Shown piece after piece: positions 47,029-57,434 of a stretch of 64,000 nucleotides of DNA (its first letter is position 1; every line of letters starts with the position of its first letter). The DNA is from Trypanosoma brucei (Eukaryota). The position numbers and the translations under genes were made by a program. Under the pieces are notes generated by a model. That model made no database searches and was not told where the DNA came from. It saw only the letters and a list, made by a program, of their open reading frames with translations. Location of the stretch: the NCBI GenBank assembly GCA_000002445.1, contig CP000068.1:1312001-1376000 (forward strand). The letters run 5' to 3'.

Positions 47029-48153
47029 GTCACGTACGTTGTAGCTGTATGTGTAACATCACATTCCTTGTGTTTGTGTGGTGTGTTTGCATGCATAGAA
47101 TATAATCGGACTAGAAAACACTTTATTTGAGCGTACCCCTGTCCTTGAGTGACACTCTCAGGGGGATGACGCTGCTTAACATTGTGGAGAGGGAGAGACA
47201 CAACAGAGAGTAGAGTAATATGTTTGTGTGCAAGAGATAATAGAAAGGAGGAGGGGTGGTGTGACTCTGTGTCTTGCTTATGTTATTACCTTCCCTCACT
47301 GTTCCCCCCCACACACACATACACACGTACCGGAATCCGTAATATACACGGTATTTGTAGGGGCTGTCCTTTTATTTTCTCTTCCATTGTTTGCTTTGCA
47401 TGTCCCTCACAGTTGTGGTAGAATGAGTGCTCGCACCTGGTGTGTGAGTGTGGGAAGGTTTCATGCACGAGTGTGTATCACTAAAAATGCGGTCAGTAGA
47501 TAACAAAGTGTGTGTTAATCACCTTGTGTGAGTATTTAAATCATATTTGACTCCACCGGGTCTGTGCTTGCTTCTTTCTCTTTGTTTTGATTAACTGGGA
47601 CGCGTTTGACCTTTTTGCAGTGTGCGTTTATATCTGCTGTGCCCGGCATATGGCACACCTTTCTTTCACTACGCTATGTGTTCTGAAGCCCCATTACTCT
47701 CTTTCCGCGAGTACCCCAATTGCATATACTCCTCTTCACTGCTTCCCTCTTTTTTTGTTTAATTTATCTTTTCTTAATTACGTAACTTCTGGTAGTGTCA
47801 GTAATATTCAGACAGTTGAGAGAGAGAGGGGGGGGGGTGGTGAGTTTACCAACCAAGTAAGCCAGCGGTCAGCCCCTTCTGAGGCCCGTGTGGAGTTGCC
47901 TGATGTTTCCATGCACGCATAAGAGGCAGGTAATTTTCCTCGTGACCTTTTTTTTTATGCTGTCTATCTGTCAACTTGTTTCTAATGCTGCTGGAAATAA
48001 TATTTCCTATTTAAAATAGGTGAAGGTTTACGTGCCCGCATAGGTGCACCTGTATGTGTTTTATGAGGTTATATTGTAGTTATGTCAAATATTGTGATCG
48101 TAACTTATATTATTTTCGTCCATTCTAAATGGTTGTGATGGATTTTTCTTTTC

Positions 48154-48495
48154 GTGCTTCTTCATTTGTTAATTAAAAGTGAAAAGATGACGGACACGTT
48201 TGAAGGTATTTTAAAAGAAATCCACAGTCTTGAGGAGATGAACGACATGTACTCCTACCAAATTGCCTCTCTGATGGTGGAGGTTAAGGAGAATGGAGGG
48301 GACACTAAAAAGGAAGAGGAAGTGCTTGAATTAAAGCGTCGGCTGAGCGAGAACCTGAAATGTGTCAGTGAACTTGATGTCCTCTTTTATAAATACCCCT
48401 GGAAGAAATATGCGCACCTTCGGAGGAAGTCCCATTCGGCATCGTCTGGGGGGGGGGCAGTCATAAATTTTCCTGACCAGGGGAAAACCCCCTAA
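48154..48495 (+). CDS. possible small coiled-coil protein; weak
   Basis: The ORF lies in the unit-1-specific segment. The likely start is MTDTFEGILKEIHSLEE. It has a short charged helical stretch and no recognised family. It could be a spurious ORF. Confidence 0.2.
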   Translation: MLLHLLIKSEKMTDTFEGILKEIHSLEEMNDMYSYQIASLMVEVKENGGDTKKEEEVLELKRRLSENLKCVSELDVLFYKYPWKKYAHLRRKSHSASSGGGAVINFPDQGKTP

Positions 48496-51400
48496 TGAAT
48501 TGGTAACGGAAACTCGTAGAATGTGCTATTGGGGTGACTGAACTAACTCCATCATGTACTGGGTATTTTCCCAATTTTCTGAGCATGCGTATGTGAGTGT
48601 ATAATGCGGCGGGTGATACACGCCGTCGGAATAGCGCAAGTGGCTGCTTAATAATTAAGGCAGCCCAAGGCCTGCGTGGTTTTCCGCATTTTATATTTAT
48701 TTTTGTGATGTGCATCTTATGGCTATGCAAAATAATGATGAAACCTTATTGATTGGCTATTTAACTCCTCTCTTTTACTTCCTTTCCCGCCCGATAGAAT
48801 GCGTTACTTCCATCGCTTTAACCACGTAATAACTTTTGTTTTCCCTGATTTCCTTTATAGTTACTTTGGTTGTTTCCCGGTCTCGGTGCTGATCAACTTA
48901 TTTAAATTATCCTTGTTATTTTCATTTTGAATATTGGTGTTTCTATTATATCTTGGTTGACTACGAACAGATCCACCCTTTTTTCTTTTTTGCTTTAATG
49001 TAACTGAACAGTTATCTCATGAGAAATTTGTATCAGCTACGTTAGCGCCAGTAATTTTGAGCAAGCGTCCCATAATAACAGTAGTGAGGCCTTTTAAACC
49101 GGCATCACCAAGAAATGGGTTATGGAGGGTAATTTAAAGTTGTTGGCCCTCCGCGCTGATCTGGAAGCGGGACGATACGCATCGGGTGAGGCACGAAGCT
49201 GTTAATTAATGAAAGAGGAACTGGAAATATCTCAGAAGTTATGCCAAGCGTTACGGCTCGGGGGTGTCTTCGGTTGCCTGGGGGCAGGGAAAAGCACTAC
49301 TTAGTCATGGAGTTGCCGCTACAAACTGCGGTGCATACGTATGTTGTTTTGAGTGTGGCATGCTTCTTACAAAGCACTGGAGTGCGGAGTATTATTAGTT
49401 CGGGAGTTGTGTGGACAGGTCGTGCGGTGAATAGGGGCATGAAGGGATAGTGCAATAGTGTGGGTTTGTGTGTCATCGTGCAGCCGAAGTTAATATGCCA
49501 CTGCTCTCGCATCTTCGCACATTTACGTGTTTCGTGACATGATTGATATGTGTGTGTGTGTGTGTGTGTGCCGAGGGAGGTGGTCATTTGGCATACCACA
49601 TTTTCGGGAGTAATGTACCCTCGGCGATGTAGTGTAAATCTTTGACAACTTAGTTAACACTGGCAGTGAAGTGGAATCAGCATCACTTGCAGTTGCCCAG
49701 AGGTGTGTTGAGCCATCACGGGAACGTGTATATACCGATTTACAGAGATTGATCATTTTACATGGAAGAGCACTGTAATGTACAGTTTCCAAAATACTGC
49801 TATGTGAATGCAAGCCGCGGCCGCGGGTGGCGTTCGTATCTCCTGAAGAGTGACTGAGTGTTTAAAGATCATAGTTCCTGATGCATGATCACCTCAATAT
49901 GAAACTATTAGGCACGCTCCGTAGTTTTCCCTACGGACCTCCCCGTGCGTTGATGCTCATTAGCCGGAGCGGCACCCTCTGTGAGCTGCATTTAGTGTGC
50001 CATGGTGATAACTCACACTGTCAATGCACAATACGTGCGGATATGTGGGGACGGCCGCCTACTTTGAGTGGCAGCGCAGTTCTCTCTTTTCGTACCCACA
50101 GTGTGACTGAGACAGCGGCAATGAACCATTTTGGCACGTTGCATAAGACACCCGTTAGTTTGCCGTGCTGATACAGAAATGGGGTAAGGGTTTATGGCTT
50201 CCACATTTCAGGTATTACCGATGGTCCCAAGGAACACTTATGCAGTTTGCACCTGGGAACGGTAGTCACATACTGGCAACCTTTTTAACAGTCATATCGC
50301 GGAACCGTGCTTTAATGTCGTGCATCTTTAATTCATTAAATATTTAGCAGGAAGATGGCATAAATAGGTAGAAGGAAGACTATCGGCATTGTCACTTGGG
50401 TACGCTGGAATGTCGATTTTGTCTCTTACGGAACGATGGCTAGGGTCAAATCTGTATGACGGCCCTTTCCCCTTTGTGCCTTAGGACTCGGTTGGTGGTT
50501 ATGTGTGTTTGCATGCCGGTTCCCACTGCTGGTGCCGGAGAGCGTTATCGCAGTAAGTCGAATTATGCGTACCAAAGACTATCGCGTTTTGGTTTGCTTC
50601 ACCATATCCGGAAGCAGGAAGTTTGTGTTGACTGCATCCATGGGGAGGGGGACGGTAATTATGTAGTTGCGGTTGACATACGGCTGAGGGGCAGTATTTG
50701 GAAATATGGATGTATCGACGCGGTCATTGCCTACGCTTTGGTGGTTTATTTACAGTCATGTGCCACTGACCGCGGTAAGTTTGTTGGGCTTTCATTATAG
50801 CCGCATTGTGTCCTTCCCGTCACAGCATAACATCAGATTTTCCAAAAGGGGTTCCCTGCTGTGTGTTAAGGCCGCGCATGTGAGAAACATGATACGAGCT
50901 GGCATCAATCTATTTATTATGAACATTTCGCATTTGAACGCGGTGGACACAATCGCCGCCCCCGTTACTGTGTTACGCAGCATTAGCATCACTTCTTAAT
51001 TTCGGGCCTCCCATGGCGACTTTTTTACATTTACGAGCAGCACCGGAAGCTATGGAAACATTTTCCTCCAGTTATTGCTATAAATGTTGCAATGCCTGTT
51101 GGTAGGCGTCAGCGGTATTCCGTTGTTTGAAGATTCTAATGGACTGTTGTGTTCATTTCCCTAGCGTGGAATCGTGTGTTGAGTGCTTCTAACGTTAATA
51201 CCTCTTTGTATTGTTGCCGCTGCATGCTTTTGAGACTCGCGAGTGATTTGTAACCCGGTATTGTAATACGGTATTTACTGGATGAAATTCTTCTGCAGAT
51301 GCACTGTTCCATCTTTTTAACCCTTTTCTTCGTGTGTAGCATAAGACTCAAAGCCGTGTTGTTGAGACTGTAGGTAGTCGTGTAACTTACTCACCACTGG

Positions 51401-51638
51401 ATCACTTGTCACAGGTAGGCAAATAGTAAGGACAGTGTGGTTGAAGGAAGTTTTCCGTTTTTTTTTTTTTAAGGTGCGAATAATCGAGTGAAAGCTACTG
51501 TGTTCTCGTACATACTTGCACTTGATTGGTGTGCAGGTGCGGTTGTATCTGTTTGGCAGTTGCAGTATTTGATCATTTGTTACTGTTAAGTGTTCATAAC
51601 ACTGAGGAAAAGACGGGCGTATCCATATTTGACTGGCA

Positions 51639-54095
51639 ATGTGTTTTATATTTGGTGTTGAGATGAGTAACCTAGCAAAGAGGCCAATGAGCCTGAGGAA
51701 GCTACCACAGCTTCTTTTGCTCATCATGATTGGTATTGCATTTGTTGCGGTTGAGTGCATCGGAGCTCCTGTTAAACTTCCCCGACGCGTGGATACTGTT
51801 GCCGGTCAATTTGGCTTTGATGGAACCACTGATGGGAGTTCGAATGTTTCAATGCTTTCGTCACCCTACGCATTGTGTCGAGGGAGGACAAACGATGAAA
51901 TTTTAGTGGGGAGTTCCAACAGCTTCCGCAACTACTCTCGCAAAACAAAAGAAACTGGTACGTTCCTCAGGGGTGGCCCAACTGGAGGACTCGTCTCCGC
52001 AGACGCTAAAATTAGCAAGCCACGTAGTTGTGTCCGTCGCGGCTCTGGTAATCACACAATCATTTACTTTGTTGACGATCAAAATGGTCTGAAATATATA
52101 AATGACAACGAAATTCAGCACGTTACTGTAGGGAATGGTCTTTCGTTAACTTCCGTCGCTATTTATGAGAAAGATTTATACGTAACAGACCAGAATAACA
52201 AATCGGTGTGGAGGTGTAATGTCGGCGGTGCCGGCAAGCCTCAAAATTGTGAAGAGAAAAAATTCACGGGCCTGACGTTTACTGCAAAACCGGAAGGAAT
52301 TGCCGTGACTTCTAAAGGAATTTTTGTTGCCGCACGCGATTCATCTAACAAGGGAGCTTTGTTGTGGCTGGATATGAATGGTGGTGGCTCAAAGGGAAAT
52401 GTAAGTGGTGGTTTTGTTGATGTATTCAGCACTGAGTCAGGTATGTTATATGCAGCCACGGAGAAGGAATTGTACACCGTCACTGCCACCGGCTCTGCAT
52501 TCAGCGTAACATCATTTGCAGGGAAGAATACGAGCTCATGTTACTCTCATGCCAATGGAGAAGATATTGTATTATGTGACAACTCGCGACTGCTCGTTAT
52601 TGAAGAATATGAGATGTACGTGACTTCGAAGGAGAAGCATACTATGCGTGCCTTAACTCTCCCTCCAGTCAACTTAACCGCCATCTTCCGTGGGCGACCA
52701 GCACCTGTAGGTTACCCCAACACAACAATTATGGAGCAGTTTGTGGCAAGTCTTACGGAGGATGTAAATAAAGCACTCGGTACCAATGATAGCTATGTGG
52801 ACCCCGATTCTGTGAGGGTGGATCCCGATACATGGGAAACGAATTTCACTGTTTTTGTTCAGCAAACGCGTTTTGACAATACGACGGAGGAGAAATTACG
52901 GAGTCTGACATACACACAAACGGATAAGACTGTTGACGAGTATTACGGTCTTACTGATGAGTATGTGTACATTGATACCGTCCTTGTGCCATTCTGTGAC
53001 GATGCAAGCCTTGTCACCATCCAGCGTGCGTTGGCGCGTGAAGCTGGACGTGCACTGAATTTCTCTTTGATATACGCTGACAAGCCCATAACCTTTGGTA
53101 GTGACGTTGCGGAGAATGTCACTGCAGTAAAGCTTTTGATGCCTCATTCATTCAAGAACGCAACGACACCTAAGCAGCTATCGGCTGCGAACCTCACTGA
53201 CTTTGCGCACAACTTGGTCAAGGACTTGCGTGCTTCAGACACTCGTGTCGATATCACATTCCCCGATCCCCCGTTTAATTTTTCAGCTGTTGTCCCTGAA
53301 CGTGAGCAGGAAGTACGTTGGTTTGTCCATGGGAAAGTAATGAAGCAGCTTGAGATTTGTGAGAGACTTGGTAGCCAGGGCGATGCGGCCGTTATTGCAG
53401 CTGCAGCTGCTGCGACTGCTCGAGGTAAGGCCAATGTCACATTGAATACCAGCGGAGTCAAGGCAAATGATACAGGGGTTGGTCCCAACACCACAAATAC
53501 CGCTGGTGGGGCCAATACTACTGCTAATGTTGTCGCTAATGGCACTGCCAATGTTATTGTGAATCCCTCCACCAATGCTACTCCAACTGGAACCACCAAT
53601 GCTAGTGTCACTAATACTACCGAGAGAGCTGTTCCTGTTGTTGCCCCTACTCAGCCTTCTAATGGATATGCGGAGTGTCGATCCGCTATAACCAACCGCA
53701 CGGAAACACAGAACATGGAACCACCTTACGACAGGAAACACCGATATGAGGTATTCCTACCTAAAAAGTATGACTTCAATGTGTCATGGTGCGTGGACAT
53801 CATTGACTGGCGTGACTTGGACGAGATGTTGAATAACCGCACAGATGAGGTGGTGGAAAAGTCCCTTTCATGGTGCGGCCACGGTTGCATTATTGCGTTT
53901 GCGGTGGTAGGTTCCCTGATTGCTGCGTGTCTAGTGGTGCTGGCTGTGGTGTTGACATCGAAGAGGAGGCGTCTTGCTGCTGTGGTTGCTCCACCGCGCC
54001 CAAAGTTTGTATCAACAGTGGAAGATGATGAAGAAGATCGTGTATCAAACATCGGTGTGCCACTGACCGATGGGAAGGGAACCACCGCACCGTAA
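51639..54095 (+). CDS. Type I membrane glycoprotein, copy 2; paralogue of 44566-47028
   Basis: The 818-aa ORF is nearly identical to copy 1 from about residue 330 to the C-terminus, with differences only at AADATARG to AAAATARG, DDDEDR to DDEEDR and a few others. Residues about 60-300 are mosaically divergent. Confidence 0.7.
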   Translation: MCFIFGVEMSNLAKRPMSLRKLPQLLLLIMIGIAFVAVECIGAPVKLPRRVDTVAGQFGFDGTTDGSSNVSMLSSPYALCRGRTNDEILVGSSNSFRNYSRKTKETGTFLRGGPTGGLVSADAKISKPRSCVRRGSGNHTIIYFVDDQNGLKYINDNEIQHVTVGNGLSLTSVAIYEKDLYVTDQNNKSVWRCNVGGAGKPQNCEEKKFTGLTFTAKPEGIAVTSKGIFVAARDSSNKGALLWLDMNGGGSKGNVSGGFVDVFSTESGMLYAATEKELYTVTATGSAFSVTSFAGKNTSSCYSHANGEDIVLCDNSRLLVIEEYEMYVTSKEKHTMRALTLPPVNLTAIFRGRPAPVGYPNTTIMEQFVASLTEDVNKALGTNDSYVDPDSVRVDPDTWETNFTVFVQQTRFDNTTEEKLRSLTYTQTDKTVDEYYGLTDEYVYIDTVLVPFCDDASLVTIQRALAREAGRALNFSLIYADKPITFGSDVAENVTAVKLLMPHSFKNATTPKQLSAANLTDFAHNLVKDLRASDTRVDITFPDPPFNFSAVVPEREQEVRWFVHGKVMKQLEICERLGSQGDAAVIAAAAAATARGKANVTLNTSGVKANDTGVGPNTTNTAGGANTTANVVANGTANVIVNPSTNATPTGTTNASVTNTTERAVPVVAPTQPSNGYAECRSAITNRTETQNMEPPYDRKHRYEVFLPKKYDFNVSWCVDIIDWRDLDEMLNNRTDEVVEKSLSWCGHGCIIAFAVVGSLIAACLVVLAVVLTSKRRRLAAVVAPPRPKFVSTVEDDEEDRVSNIGVPLTDGKGTTAP

Positions 54096-56156
54096 GTCAC
54101 GTGCGTTGTAGCTGTATGTGTAACATCACATTCCTTGTGTTTGTGTGGTGTGTTTGCATGCATAGAATATAATCGGACTAGAAAACACTTTATTTGAGCG
54201 TACCCCTGTCCTTGAGTGACACTCTCAGGGGATGACGCTGCTTAACATTGTGGAGAGGAAGAGACACAACAGAGAGTAGAGTAATATGTTTGTGTGCAAG
54301 AGATAATAGAAAGGAGGGGGGGGGGTGGTGTGACTCTGTGTCTTGCTTATGTTATTACCTTCCCTCACTGTTTCCCCCCCCCCCACATACACACGTACCG
54401 GAATCCGTAATATACACGGTATTTGTAGGGGCTGTCCTTTTATTTTCTCTTCCATTGTTTGCTTTGCATGTCCCTCACAGTTGTGGTAGAATGAGTGCTC
54501 GCACCTGGTGTGTGAGTGTGGGAAGGTTTCATGCACGAGTGTGTATCACTAAAAATGCGGTCAGTAGATAACAAAGTGTGTGTTAATCACCTTGTGTGAG
54601 TATTTAAATCATATTTGACTCCACCGGGTCTGTGCTTGCTTCTTTCTCTTTGTTTTGATTAACTGGGACGCGTTTGACCCTTTTGCGGTGTGCGTTTATA
54701 TCTGCTGTGCCCGGCATATGGCACACCTTTCTTTCACTACGCTATGTGTTCTGAAGCCCCATTACTCTCTTTCCGCGAGTACCCCAATTGCATATACTCC
54801 TCTTCACTGCTTCCCTCTTTTTTTTGTTTAATTTATCTTTTCTTAATTACGTAACTTCTGGTAGTGTCAGTAATATTCAGACAGTTGAGAGAGGGGGGGG
54901 GGGAGGAGTTTACCAACCAAGTAAGCCAGCGGTCAGCCCCTTCTGAGACCCGTGTGGAGTTTCCTGATGTTTCCATGCACGCATAAGAGGCAGGCATTTT
55001 TTATTCGTAGTTTGTTTTATAATTTCAGTTGTGCCTTGGAGTTTCGTATGAGAATTTGTGCCCAGAGGGGCTGCTGATGAATGTTTTTTTTTTTAATTTG
55101 TTTTTGTCCTTTGCTCTGCTTAAAGGAACGGGGGTATTGATGACATTTTTGCTTTTTTTTCCAAAAAAAAGGCGTAGCGGGTGTAGCGAGGACGATTCGT
55201 TGTGAAATATATTGAGAGGTTGAACTGTTGTTGTTGGTATATTTTTTTTTGTGTGGTGCGTATGCAAATGCATGACTAACATTCTCATTGACGGCGGAGT
55301 CATAACGTTATCATTGACGGAAAAAGACAGTTTAGATTTTATTATATGATATTTGTGGCCGGGAATGCTTCCAAGCCACAACAGTACAGTTCTATCTTGA
55401 CCCCCACGGTGCAATAGTGGTGTACGGCGTTATTTAAATTTGGAATTTCAACCTTATCAAATTGTGTTTTTCTTGCAACTTAATAGTTTTGGTTGCGGAA
55501 ATACGAGCAAAATACTTGTCGGGAATAAATTTGATATCCACGAAAGAATTGTCATTAAAATTGAGCGGTTCCCTTTATGGAAGCGAGTGCAATGACCGGT
55601 GTCGGAGTGGCCATAGCAGTTGAGACTTTAATGTGAATGATTATGAGTCAACAATCTGTTCCACTAGACAGTTAATGGGCAGGCAGTAAAAGCGGACACA
55701 AAAATACAGTCAATTTGTAAAAACTCCACAGGGAGGACGGCAACGGCAGAGGGTTTGAGAGGAGCCAGAGAAATGATAACTTTTGCTGCCAATGAGATAA
55801 ACTCACCATAACCTCGTGTCAATGGTGCGTTAACAAAGGGATTCGCCCCAATATCTAATCAGTGAGTTAACTTAGGTATAATATGTATGTGCAAACGCAG
55901 CCTTTGATTTTTTTTTTATCGATGTCGTCGTGTTTCTCTTCCCCTCGAAAAAAAAAGAAGGAAAGCCGACGATACCCTTCGGGAGTTAAGAGGATGGTTT
56001 GGTGTCCCTTCTGTGCGTCCAACGAGGTGCGTGCACTTTCCACCGCTAAGTTCTGCGCCTCGCTCACAACCATAAAACAAGAGTCTTTTTTTTCTTTTTG
56101 AATAATGCGCATGCAAACGATCCCGCTTTTCCCCCCTTCCCGTTGGCATTTTCCCC

Positions 56157-56159
56157 CAT

Positions 56160-56195
<36 letters not shown>

Positions 56196-56196
56196 G
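56157..56196. repeat. (CA)n(TA)n microsatellite upstream of the 395-aa gene
   Basis: catacacacatacatatatatatatatatatatatatatgcat. Confidence 0.9.
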
Positions 56197-56246
56197 CATA
56201 GAGCAGCCGAAAAACAGCATTTAAGCCAAGGTGCCAACTTGAGCGA

Positions 56247-57434
56247 ATGCGGCATCTTGGCTTTGCTGGCGATAAGAAACGGTCGATGAGCATAGTGGGC
56301 TTGTTTCTTTTTTTATTGGCTTGCGTGTCAGTAGTTGCAACACATGCAAATGGAAGTGTCCTCAGGAGCACGGGATCTGAGGGAAAGGTGTGGTTAGATG
56401 CACCAACTAGTCGGCGAGTCCCATTTAGGAATCCGAGAGTCATTTTTGTTGTTGTTCAGACCCGACCCTCTCCAGGTTGGTGCAGAATGTTAATGACTGC
56501 TGTTGTTACAAATGTGTCGGTAATTTCTATTGGTATGGGTGGGAATTACAGCCACACCATCCGGGCAAACTGGTTATTGAATTTCTTGGATGATGAGGTC
56601 CTCCATGATGATGATGTGTTAGTTATGTTTGATGGTGCGGATACACTTTTCACTGATGGAATCCATCGGAAACGGAAGCTTGACCACTTTATAAAAATGT
56701 CTCCCCCACTGCCTACATTCTTTAACCAAACGGCTATATACAGAGGTGATGCTTGGCCGCCCATGCTTCACACAGCAGAACCGGATTGTTATGCTCCCCA
56801 GCTGAACATCACATACAACCCGAAAAATGAGTCGCATTGGGATCGCTGTGCGAGATTTTATGCCATGGGTCTGTCGGAAGCCAAATCAATTGGTGTTGAG
56901 CGGCTGCTGGGGTTGCCACCTCCCGTGCGTGGACACCTCAACAGTGGAGGAATTGTGGGCCGGGTATGGGCATATAAAGAGGCATTTAGCGTTTTTTTGC
57001 AACTCAGGGAAGCTTCCACTGAATGGTGGTGTGATCAGTCTATTTGGGCTGCCTTATTTATTTGGAGCGTTGGTAGTGCAACGGGTGTGGATTCCAAATA
57101 CATAATACGGCGTGGAATCATTAGTCTTGACTATGACAAGAGATACTTTTACTACCCAACAGATGAATACGATACAAGTTCGGTACTTTTACATTTTACA
57201 GGGGCCCCCGACCGATGGACGTATTACTTTCCAGAATACTTTGTCCGCCTTCCGTGGTATAGGAACCTTATGGGAAACAGTACCTACAGACATAATGTCG
57301 TGGCGGCGTTACGAAATACTTCCATCATAACCTACAACTACACTCGGGAGAGGATTGTAAGGAAATATGAAGATATTTGTGATGTGGAACAGATGACTGA
57401 CCCCGAATTTTTGGTGTACCCACTGAATAAGTAA
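56247..57434 (+). CDS. Secreted or ER-lumenal protein, possibly glycosyltransferase-like
   Basis: The 395-aa ORF has a signal peptide (MSIVGLFLFLLACVSVVATHANG; the likely true start is near 56286). It has a DxD-like motif in LVMFDGADTLFTDG. It is Trp/Tyr-rich. The assignment is tentative. Confidence 0.5.
   Translation: MRHLGFAGDKKRSMSIVGLFLFLLACVSVVATHANGSVLRSTGSEGKVWLDAPTSRRVPFRNPRVIFVVVQTRPSPGWCRMLMTAVVTNVSVISIGMGGNYSHTIRANWLLNFLDDEVLHDDDVLVMFDGADTLFTDGIHRKRKLDHFIKMSPPLPTFFNQTAIYRGDAWPPMLHTAEPDCYAPQLNITYNPKNESHWDRCARFYAMGLSEAKSIGVERLLGLPPPVRGHLNSGGIVGRVWAYKEAFSVFLQLREASTEWWCDQSIWAALFIWSVGSATGVDSKYIIRRGIISLDYDKRYFYYPTDEYDTSSVLLHFTGAPDRWTYYFPEYFVRLPWYRNLMGNSTYRHNVVAALRNTSIITYNYTRERIVRKYEDICDVEQMTDPEFLVYPLNK

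Larger units (their letters stand above)
43999..54995 (+). repeat. Tandem duplication with a 7066-bp unit present about 1.55 times, each unit carrying one 820-aa membrane glycoprotein gene
   Basis: The full unit runs 43999-51064. It holds the gene, a 3' flank, and about 3.1 kb of sequence (47926-51064) present only in unit 1. The partial unit runs from 51065 to about 54995. The boundary sits exactly at ttttCCTCCAGTTATTGCTATAAATG. The 3' flanks (47029-47925 and 54096-54995) are near-identical apart from homopolymer-length differences. Confidence 0.85.

Noticed and set aside
49805-49825. Palindrome CCGCGGCCGCGG (SacII/NotI/SacII-like)
   Set aside because: It is a short, isolated GC palindrome with no flanking repeat structure, and is most likely coincidental.
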